From Octopus vulgaris (Eukaryota): 64,000 nt of DNA. Location: the NCBI GenBank assembly GCA_951406725.2, contig OX597815.1, positions 172,050,001-172,114,000 of the forward strand, given 5' to 3'. The first letter of the stretch is position 1, and each line of letters opens with the position of its first letter. The translations under genes were made by a program, and so were the position numbers. Of the stretch, positions 53,486 through 64,000 are shown piece after piece. Under the pieces are notes generated by a model, which made no database searches, was not told the DNA's origin, and saw nothing but the letters and a program-made list of their open reading frames with translations.

Positions 53486-54952
53486 ATAATGAGGTGTATC
53501 TGATTAAAAATTCTGTTACTGATCACATCCTTTCTCTCCAGACAAAATCCATAGACTGTAAAGTGATTCTCAGTTTCTTCATATTGAGTCTATTTTCCAT
53601 GAACAAAGTATTCTTTTAAATCAGGAGCCAACTTATTTTTTCTTTGATTACATACATGATGGATTACCAATAAGAAATAGCAGCTTGAAGCGATTGTCTA
53701 CACCTCAAAGGACATATTGGAAACTGGCTTGTGGAGTTGTCTCGATTCTTACTCTACTAATGTTCTATTAAGAAAAAAGTAAAAAATACATTCCATGAAT
53801 TTTCTCCAGACTGTTATTTCTTTCTTTAATGCAATGTTACACTTTGTAAAGTAATGTTTCATTAATAAATCACAGGTTATATAATACTGACAATTTCTAA
53901 AAAGAATGAAATGGTGCTATACATGATTAGCACTAAAACTGTAAGAACTTCATTATAAGTACAGGAAAAACTCTAAATGAGAAGAGTACACAATCTTAAT
54001 AATCAAGTATTTTTTTACAATTGGCTCACCATTCATGACGACATATGTAGATGCATGTTTCTGCCTCAATAGACATCATCAGAATGAGTTATTTAGACAT
54101 GTACAAAAAATGATAGAAAACATTTATGACAGATAATATGCATAAAAGAAATGAAAATCAGTTGGGTTCCACTTGTTTTTTTTTATATTTGTGCATATAT
54201 CAGTTGAGTTCAATGGTATTTGAATGAACATAGAGTGCTTTTCCGGTATTCTAAGACATAGAGAAGTCTTACAAAGGAGCCCCACAACCACCACCACCAC
54301 CACACTTCCCCCCAGTGATGACTGTGTTGAATACAGCCAGGAGCAGTAGCTTATAATAATATACAGTGTACAATACTTCAGCTGCTGACAATTGAGTCTT
54401 CTAATATTGCCAAAGTATTGTTCAAACAACTACAGCGATTCTTTGTTGACATATATTTTGTCTTTTGCTGATTTCAATCATTAGAATGCGACCATGCTGG
54501 GGTACTGTTTTGAAGGGTTTAAGTCAAACAAATCGACCCCAGTACATATTTTTCTTATCTAACCCTGCTACTTATTTTATCAGCTCCTTTTTGCTGAACC
54601 ACTAAGTTACGAAAGTGTAAACAAACCAGCACCAGTTGTCAAGTGATGGGTGGAGAGTAAACAAAACGCACACACATGACGGGCTTCAGTCCATCAAATC
54701 CACTTGCAAAGCTTTGTTCAGCTCAAAGCTATAGTAGAAGATATTTGTCAAAGTGCCACTCACTGGGATTGAACCTGGAACCATGCAATTGGGAAGCAAA
54801 CTTCATATCATATAGCAATGCCTGTGCTCATAGATACAGTAATCCCTCAACTATTGTGGGTGCTATGTTCCAAAACATCCCCGTGATAGGTGAAAATCTG
54901 CGAAGTAGAATCAGTACTGTACTGTATGTTTTGTTATTTTTATAATTTGTAT

Positions 54953-55367
54953 AGGCACAGAGGTGGCTGTGTGGTAAGTAGCTTGCTTACCAACCACATG
55001 GTTCCAGGTTCATTCCCACTGTGTGGCACCTTGGGCAAGTGTCTTCTATTATAGCCTCAGGCCAACCAAAGCCTTGTGAGTGGATTTAGTAGACAGAAAC
55101 TGAAAGAAGCCCATCGTATATATGTATATGTATATATATATGTATGTGTGTGTATATGTTTGTGTGTCTGTTTGTCCCCCTAACATTGCTTGACAACCGA
55201 TGGTGGTGTGTTTACGTGCCAGTAACTTAACAGGTCAGAAAAAAGAGACCGATTGAATAACTACTAACCTTCCAAAGAATAAGTCCTGGGGTCGATTTGC
55301 TCGACTAAAGGTGGTGCTCCAGCATGGCCACAGTCAAATGACTGAAACAAGTAAAAGAGTAAAGAGT
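54953..55367 (+). mobile_element. SINE family A
   Basis: Same head, body and tail; an older minus-strand copy lies at ~54465-54830. Confidence 0.9.
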
Positions 55368-56298
55368 ATATATATTTTATTATAAATGCTAAACAACACC
55401 ATAGAGGAATCAACGTAAACTTAAATAATAAATCACGATAAGAGAATCGTGATATGGTGAGGGATTTCTGTACTAAGGCACAGGTTTTCTTTGTTTTCAT
55501 TTTATTTTATGTTCCCAGGTGATCACCTACATTTGTTTAGTGCATAGCGTCAGTACTAATCATTTTGCATAAAACTCAAATGCTATGTCGGGCTGCTATT
55601 TCAGGAGCAGCGGTGGAGGAGATCAGTGTGAGAGCTGGTTTGTGTTTTGAACTGAGCTTGAAGTAATAGATTAAAGTAGATAAATACTGAAAATGAAAGC
55701 AGTGCCAGGGGGATAGCAAGGATGAGCAAAAATCATAAAGTTGATAGATGTAGAAAACATGACGCACACACAAACACACACAAGCACACACACACACACA
55801 TACACACATTCATATAGACACATCCTTCAATCCATAGCACATGCACTTACACACATACAAGCATATATTTAAAGAGAAAGAGAGAGAGAGTGTGTGTGTG
55901 TGTGTGAGAAAGGGAGAGAAAGAAAGAGAGATAACGACAATTAGAAGAAACTTAATAAGCAGTTAGTAGGGGAAGTAAAGAAACAGTAGATTTATATATG
56001 GTGATATATATGTGTGCATGTGTGTGTGTGTGTGCGTGCGCGCGCGTGCGTATGTGTGTGTGTGTGCGTGCATGTGTGTATGTGTGTGTGCAGACTTACA
56101 CATGCATGTACATATATGCTGATATACAGATACGTAGATAGATATTTAAGTAGGTAGACAGACAGATAGATAGATAGCTAGAGATATCAGTATCAAGAGA
56201 GAAAGAGACTATATCTCTCATACAAACATGCACAACCTATCTCACTGAGACATACATCGGTTACAACAACAAGTGTTCCAGTTGGACATTCCACAGAT

Positions 56299-56712
56299 AC
56301 TCTTTACTCTTTTACTCTTTTACTTGTTTCAGTCACCCGACTGCGGCCATGCTGGAGCACCGCCTTTAATCGAGCAACTCGACCCCGGGACTTATTCTTT
56401 TGTAAGCCCAGTACTTATTCTATCGGTCTCTTTTGCCGAACCGCTAAGTAACAGGGACATAAACACACCAGCATCGGTTGTCAAGCAATGCCAGGGGGAC
56501 AAACACAGACACACAAACACACACACATACATATATATATACATATATACGACGGGCTTCTTTCAGTTTCTGTCTACCAAATCCACTCACAAGGCTTTGG
56601 TCGGCCCGAGGCTATAGTAGAAGACACTTGCCCAAGGTGCCACGCACTGGGACTGAACCCGGAAGCATGTGGTTGGTAAACAAGCTACTTACCACACAGC
56701 CACTCCTGCGCC
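56299..56712 (-). mobile_element. SINE family A abutting or nested in another tRNA-SINE (56713-56935)
   Basis: Reverse complement of family A. Confidence 0.9.
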
Positions 56713-58792
56713 ACGTGTACCCTTAACGTAGTTCTCAGGGAGATTCAGCATGATACAGAATGTGATAAGGCTGGCCCTTTGAAACACAGGTACAACTCAT
56801 TTTTGCCAGCTGAGTAGACTGGAGCAACGGAAAATAAAGTGTCTTGCTCAAGGATACACACGCCATGGGGAACTGAACTCAATGACCTTATGATAGCAAG
56901 CTGAATACTCTAACCACTAAGCCATGCGCCTTCACACTTATACTCCAACGCACATACGTATGCACACATGCACACACATGCATACACACACGCACACATG
57001 TTATTTACATTTGTGCAAGAATATGTACAACAAGCATATGAAAATGTAGAAGAAATGTATTTATGATCTTGAAATAATAATACTGGTTAAATGAAGACAA
57101 GTACAGTGCTAAATCTTAAAATTTTTTGTCAGTCAGTACACCATGACATATTTACTCTCCCAAGACACAACAAAATTTATTTCAATACACGAATTCACAT
57201 CAAGAATCTTGCATGCCAAATTAAAAAAGAAAACGAAATTAAATGAGTACAAGATTGAAATAAGTCCTGGTGTTGTTATGACCAACAGAAAACCTCTGAA
57301 AATAGCACCCAAGCATAGCTGTAGTCTCATGAAAAAACCAGCTCAAAAGTATGTATGTCATTGTTCAGTTTTATTTCAAGATTTCTTGCCAATAGAGAAA
57401 GAGCAAGTTTCTAACTTAGATCCAAGGCTCTTTCAGTGGAATTCCAACATCGACAACGGGGTATTTTTGTTTGTATGTATGTATGTATGTATGTATGTAT
57501 GTAGTATGTATGTATGTATGTATGTATGTATGTATGTGTGTATGTGTGTGTGTGTGTATGTGTGTGTGTATGCGGATTTGTATGTTTTGTTTTATGCATG
57601 TATTCTCATGCATATAGTTGCATATCTAGACATGCCCATATATTTAAATGATAAACTTCTGTCTTGAAGAAAGTTTTACTGACTTTTACAGTTCCAGTGA
57701 TGGATTGGATCTGTGGTTTTCAAATTAGCTTTCTCCTTTCTGGGTTTGAGAAGCTTAATTTCTCAAGATTGGTATTTAGGCAGTGTGTTACATATCTCAA
57801 GTCCCAATAAAAACAGGTATAAACCTAAGCTTGTAATCTGGATAAAGTAACTGCAGATTTCTCAATAGTTCAATGTATGTATGTATGTATGCACATGTGC
57901 AGATTTGTGTGTTTTGTTTTATGTATGTATTCTCATGCATATAGTTGCATATCTAGACATGCTCATATATATACTTAAATGATAAACTTCTGTAAAGTTT
58001 TAGTGTCTGTCTATCTGTCTGTCTGCATGTAAGTATGTATTCATATGTGCATGCATTTATGTGTGGTTGTGTGTATTTGCATGCATATGGGTACATATCA
58101 ATGAAGCCCAGCAATTAGGATGTTGGTTTAACAATTATAAGTTCATTGGTTCAATTCTTGGACCGGGCAAGATGTTGTGTCTTTGACTTCCTTTCATGTT
58201 TCTTCAGCATTTTTTTTTTTTCGGCAAGCCCTTGGAGTCATAAGGCCAGGCACCTGCTTTCTATGGCATATAAGTGAAAGAGATCACAACATTCTTCCCA
58301 AAAAGAACGCTGGTTCATTGCAGGGTACAAGGCCAGCAATTTTGAGGAAAGGGGACAAGTTGATTACATTGACTCCAATACTTGACTGGTACTTTATTTT
58401 ATCGACCTTAAAGGGATGAAAGGCAAAGTTATCCTCGGCTAGATTTGAACTCAGAATGTAACAAGTCAGAAGAAATGCTCGTCTGATGTGTTAACAAAGC
58501 TGAAATTGAATGCAAGCTGACTAATGGTGCAGTCCTCTTTTCTTCCAGCTGTCACAGCCTCAATCTTCCACTAGGTCAGTAATAGAAGATTTTAATGGGT
58601 GTCTAAGCCAGCTCATGACTACATAAGCATGCCTGCCAGCTTGCCTGACTGACTGCCTGTATGGATGTATACATGATTAATTTTCTTTGCAGAACTCAAG
58701 ACTGTTCTTTTAGTCAAAGAAGTCCTTAAAATTTGTAAACACATGAATGAGTTGATATGTGCATATATGTAGGTACATGTGTTGGCAAAGTG

Positions 58793-59105
58793 TGGAGGTG
58801 CAATGGCCCAGTGGTTAGGGCAGCGGACTCGTGGTCGGAGGATTGCAGTTTTGATTCCCAGACCGGGCGTTGTGTGTGTTTATTGAGCGAGAACACCTAA
58901 AAGCTCCATGAGGCTCCAGCAGGGGGGTGGGGGTGGCAACCCCTATTGTACTCTTTCACCACAACTTTCTCTCACACTCTCTTCCTGTTTCTTGAGTAAC
59001 GCTGTGATGGACTGGCATCACATCCAGCTGGGGGGGGGGGGACATATGCCACAGAAACCGGGAAACTGGGCTCATGAGCCTGGCTAGGCTTGAAAAGGGC
59101 TTAAA
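58793..59105 (+). mobile_element. tRNA-derived SINE with V-domain-like segment
   Basis: TGGCCCAGTGGTTAGG A-box; GATGGACTGGCATCACATCCAG segment. Confidence 0.7.
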
Positions 59106-61334
59106 AAAGAGACAAAAAGATGTGTTGACAAACTTGAAATACAAGGGGTGAATTTGTCACCTAAATACACAGTTGTGTGCTTTTCATTAGCGTTAATGTA
59201 TGTTCATGAATGCCATATGCACATATGATTGTGAGTATATGTTCTTTACAGAAAACTCAAATGGAGAATCTCAGGAAGGTCTCACATATTTTGATGTACC
59301 ACTAATCAGTTGAATATGGAAGATACACATCAATTTGCTTTGTTATTTCTTGAAGAACTCAGCATTTCTAGTCTTTTATGCAAACCTGTTGTTATATAAC
59401 ATAATGCTCTAACAGATAATAGGTATGACAAGGCCTACAAAAGATAATTTGCACCCCAACAGAAAGTGATGGTTCATTCAAAATTCAAGGTTTTTCTGAT
59501 GGAGGATTTCATCAGATATCCACTAGTCCTTCCTCAAGATTTCATGACCTAAACTAATGTACCTTATACACATAAGAGAACATTTGAGATAGTTATAAAA
59601 TCGTTATAAGGTGAATGGTAATATTATATCACTTGGCTCTTGACCAGGCTCATCTAGTACAGGAGACCTGAGGTTCCAACAGAAACATATATTTCACCCT
59701 CGATACACAGAATATTTTATTGAATACAATTGTGTGACTGTAAAGAGCTAGTGACATTAATTATATGTATATAAATGGAATATGGCTGTAAGCATTCTGA
59801 ATATTTTAATAAAACATATTGTTGTTGCTATTAAAATATTTGAGAATATATTTTTTAGATATTTCTGTAATAAAGTATGTTATCATAGTTGCAAACACAA
59901 GCTCATATATGTCATTAGTTACAAGTGTATGTGCTTCTGGGCCTGGGTGTATGAGTGTATATTTATGCATGTAGCTTAACTGTCAGTCATCTTCATATTT
60001 ACTCTCTCACCCTCTCTCATTCTGTTCGATTCACGTTATCTCTTGCTGTCTGTCGGTCTCTGTCTCTCTCCCTCTCACTTACAGGCAAATAGACACACAC
60101 ACACTATATGAGTGTGCATGTATATCTATGTATGCACACACACACATTGAGGAATGCTTGAGAATAGGTGGTACGAGTCCAGCTTGCGTCTAGGAGCAGA
60201 AGCCATTATAGAACCAAAGGTAGTGAGAAGGGTCAACTTGCCTATGGGCAAGAGGATGGAGCATCTCTATGAGTAACTTTATGCTAATTAGTCAGGTGGT
60301 ACTTTTCTGGATGCATTCTTGGATGTCAGCAACAACACTGTTTCGTGATGTGAGAGCTATTCCATTGTTAGGCCTACTTTAAGCTTTGTAGAGTATCAAT
60401 AATTGTTGAGGATGAAGTATTTTCTGGCTCTTAAGAAAAGAGCCACTCTTTGTGATGCAATCTAGGCTATATTAAGGATACACTTTCATCAATCTCCCAC
60501 AAAATGTCACCCTACTGTCGCATGCATCTATATATGTATTAGCAGTGATAGAAACTTGTACGTGTTAGTTACATACTTTAGCCATGCATATACGCATGTT
60601 TTAAATTAATTTTACACACATCCATCCATACATACATACATATAAGGTCACTGTTAGTGCTACTGATAACCTAGTACAACCTGTCGTATGGTTGGACTGT
60701 TGTCAACTAAACTGATGACCCTACCAAACCTGTTAGGTAAGGAGGGTGGTTTTTGTCGGACATCCTGCAGGATGAAAACCAAACCAAGCCAAACCAAACC
60801 AAACCAAAACAAAACATAAAAGAAAGAAAGAAAGAAACCTTAAAGGAGAAATGGCATGGTTACATGGTACCTAGAAAGGATAGGGAGATAGAGAAAGCGG
60901 GTAGTGAAGGGCCTAGCAGTAACAATTAGACTATACTCTGCTAATGAGGTAAATAAATTTGAAACATGCCTAAAGTTGTTCATCATACTACCGAAGATCA
61001 GCCACACACCCCAGGGGCCAGAGCATTCTAAGTAATTACTGTAAATTCTGAAGTTGTCTTCTTTTGCTTTTCTCCACCGGAATTAATCACTAAGATAAAT
61101 GTCTTTACATCAGTATGGAAATTTCATGACTTACAACATTAAGTATGCTATATCCAACTTTACTAAATGATTTAGATGAGTTGACAAAGGTTCTCTCTCT
61201 AATACCACTAAGAAAAATACAAACTCTGTGTTCCCTATAAAATCATTGAATTACTTGACAATTGATGCACTTTGTAATTCAATAACCAATCTATTCGTCC
61301 ATTTCTTTGCTCCATAAAGTAGATAAATTCCATA

Positions 61335-61388
61335 TTACAACACTTGGATATATGTGTGTGTGTATACACAGGTGCACAGGTATGCGCA

Positions 61389-61437
<49 letters not shown>

Positions 61438-63071
61438 ATTCTCACCACATGACCATACCAGCGCAATCGTCTCTCTTGCACACAACATCTGATTCCTCTT
61501 AGGTCCAACTTTTCTCTCAAGGTACTTACACTCTGTCGACTATGAACACTGACATTACACATCCAACGGAGCATACTAGCTTCATTTCTCGCGAGCTTAC
61601 ACATGTCCTCAGCAGTCACGGCCCATGTTTCACTGCCATGTAGCATGGCTGTTCGTACACATGCATCATACAGTCTGCCTTTTACTCTGAGCGAGAGGCC
61701 TTTAGTCACCAACAGAGGTAAGAGCTCCCTAAACTTTGCCCAGGCTATTCTTACTCTAGCCGTTACACTTTCAGCACATCCACCCCAACTACTGACTTGG
61801 TCACCAAGATAATGGAAGCTATCAACTACTTCTAGTTTTTCCCCCTGGAAAGTGACGGAAGTTGTTTTCTGCAGATTTTCAGAGGTTAATGCTCCCGAGC
61901 ATCTGCCACATACAAAAACCATCTTCCTAGTTAGCCTTCCTATGACATTGCTGCACCTCTTATGTGTCCATAGCTTACACTTGGTGCATCTTATAGAGTT
62001 TCTACCTACACCTTTTCTACAGATCGAGCAGGGCCATCTACCTGAAGGCGTTTGTGATTTGTCTACCTTCCTACTTATTAGGACTTTGGTTTTAGCTAGG
62101 TTGACTCTAAGGCCCTTCGATTCTAAACCATGCTTCCACACCTGAAACTTCTTCTCCAGTTCTGATAATGACTCAGCAATTAGAGCAAGGTCATCAGCAT
62201 AGAGGAGCTCCCAGGGGCATCCTGTCTTGAATTCCTCTGTTATTGCCTGGAGGACTATGATAAATAGGAGGGGGCTGAGGACTGAGCCTTGGTGGACCCC
62301 TACCTCTACCCGGAATTCTTCACTGTACTCATTTCCAACCCTCACCTTACTAGCAGCGTCCCTGTACATGGCTTGCACAGCTCTCACTAACCATTCATCT
62401 ATTCCTAGTTTCCTCATTGACCACCATATGAGGGATCGGGGGACCCTGTCGAAGGCTTTCTCCATGTCAACAAAAGCCAGGTACAGGAGCTTATCTTTGG
62501 CTAGGTATTTCTCCTGCAGCTGCCTTACCAGGAATATAGCATCAGTGGTACTTTTCCCTGGCACGAAACCAAACTGCATCTCATCTAAACTAACTCTCTC
62601 TCTAATTAGTTGGCTTATGACCCTCTCTGTAACCTTCATCACCTGATCCAACAGCTTGATACCTCTGTAATTATTTGTATCTAGGGCATCACCTTTACCT
62701 TTGTAGCAGTTGACTATTATGCTGCTACACCAGTCATTGGGTATGACTCCTTCATGTATCACCTGATTAACTATACAGGTGACTAGGCTATAGCCGACAC
62801 TACCAGATATTTTGAGCATCCCTGCAGTGATACCTGATGGGCCTGGGGCTTTCCCTGTCTTCATGCTTCTAATTGCCTTAGCTACTAAGGAACTATCAAC
62901 CCTGATAGCTGGTCCCTCTGTTGGGTCAACGTTCGGCAGACTCTCTTTATCCCATTCATTTTCTTTATTCAGCAACCTTTCATAGTGGCGTCTCCAAGCC
63001 TCTCTCTTAAAGTTGGATATAGCATACTTAATGTTGTAAGTCATGAAATTTCCATACTGATGTAAAGACAT
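61335..63071 (-). CDS. Chimeric ORF: RTE reverse transcriptase with internal PHD-like finger, no endonuclease domain
   Basis: 578 aa without stops; YADD at 62201-62190; N-terminal ~21 aa come from captured flank and the C-terminus from microsatellite. Expression unknown. Confidence 0.55.
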
Positions 63072-64000
63072 TTATCTTAGTGATTAAGAGGAATCAGATG
63101 TTGTGTGCAAGAGAGACGATTGCGCTGGTATGGTCATGTGGTGAGAATGGATGAAGATAGGTGTGTGAAAAAGTGCCACACCCTGGCAGTTGAGGGGACC
63201 TGTGGAAGAGGTAGACCCAGGAAAACCTGGGTCGAGGTGGTGAAGCACGACCTTCGAACTCTAGGTCTCACCAAGGAAATGACCAGAGACCGAGACCTAT
63301 GGAAGTATGCTGTGCGTGAGAAGACCCGGCAAGACCAGTGAGAACAATCAAAATCAAATCATATATCAGAAAGCAGGGGTTAAGTGACCCATCCATTCGT
63401 GTCCGCTGTCAGCCTCGTCCTGGCACCTGTGCCGGTGATACGTAAAAGCACCATTCGCTCGTGGCCGTTTGCCAGCTCTGCCTGGCCCCGTGTCGGTGGC
63501 ACGTAAAAGCACCATCCGTTCATTGCCAGCCTCGCCTGGCCCCGTGCCGGTGACATGTAAAAGCACCGTCCGTTCGTGGCCGTTTGCCAGCTCTGTCTGG
63601 CCCCGTGTCGGTGGCACGTAAAAGCACCATCCGTTCGCGTCCGTTGCCAGCCTCGGCTGGCCCCCGTGCCGGTGACACGTAAAAGCACCGTCCGTTCGTG
63701 GCCGTTTGCCAGCTCTGTCTGGCCCCGTGTCGGTGGCATGTAAAAGCACCATCCGTTCATGTCCGTTGCCAGCATCGCCTGGCCCCGTGCCGGTGACACG
63801 TAAAAGCACCATCCGTTCGTGGCCGTTCGCCAGCTCTGTCTGGCACCTGTGCAGGTGGCACGTAAAAAACACCCACTACACTCGCGGAGTGGTTGGCGTT
63901 AGGAAGGGCATCCAGCCGTAGAAACACTGCCAGATCTGACTGGGCCTGACGAAGCCTTCCAGCTTCACAGACCCCAGTTGACCCGTCCAACCCATGCTAG
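61434..64000 (+). mobile_element. RTE-clade LINE, 5'-truncated with 5' inversion (RT inverted at 61434-63008; sense 3' part from 63085 past the window end)
   Basis: RT motifs GKAPGPSGI, QFGF, VDMEKAFD, GVHQGSVLSP, YADD on the minus strand; RTE C-terminus RRLRWYGHV...GRGRPRKTW and 3' UTR on the plus strand. Confidence 0.93.
63388..63870 (+). repeat. ~60-bp GC-rich minisatellite x8 in the RTE 3' UTR, two alternating unit types
   Basis: Units end in ...GGTGRCACGTAAAAGC; related arrays at 21380-21740, 15170-15280 and 39180-39310. Confidence 0.9.

Noticed and set aside
57469-57992. Local ~110-bp direct duplication
   Set aside because: Anchored on (TATG)n and looks like a tandemly arranged repeat; no sign of function.
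60700-60780. CTGATGA followed by a CCCT/AGGG stem
   Set aside because: GAAA does not follow the stem; probably part of an unclassified repeat.
63366-63990. Possible CRISPR array or coding ORFs
   Set aside because: No unique spacers, eukaryotic context, no cas genes; it is a LINE 3' UTR minisatellite.

Overview
AT-rich, repeat-dense eukaryotic DNA. The SINE/RTE families and abundant (TA)n/(CA)n/(TAA)n tracts suggest an octopus (inferred, not searched). Two spliced genes lie head-to-head. The first is a 7-coding-exon minus-strand gene (22295->10004, 329 aa) encoding a tandem-RWD + RING-H2 putative E3 ubiquitin ligase. The second is an 8-exon plus-strand PPIL6-type cyclophilin (29551->49422, 469 aa) with an RFX X-box/forkhead promoter and a long acidic repeat tail. 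The rest is mostly mobile DNA: several tRNA-SINE families, RTE LINE pieces, three Tc1/mariner elements, Helitron, Penelope (some with hammerhead-ribozyme motifs), Chapaev-like, Merlin-like and hAT elements. At the right end, a young RTE insertion has a twin-priming-type inversion that captured 80 bp of its own flank, creating a chimeric 578-aa RT-PHD ORF. Exon boundaries were read by hand; repeat boundaries are approximate.
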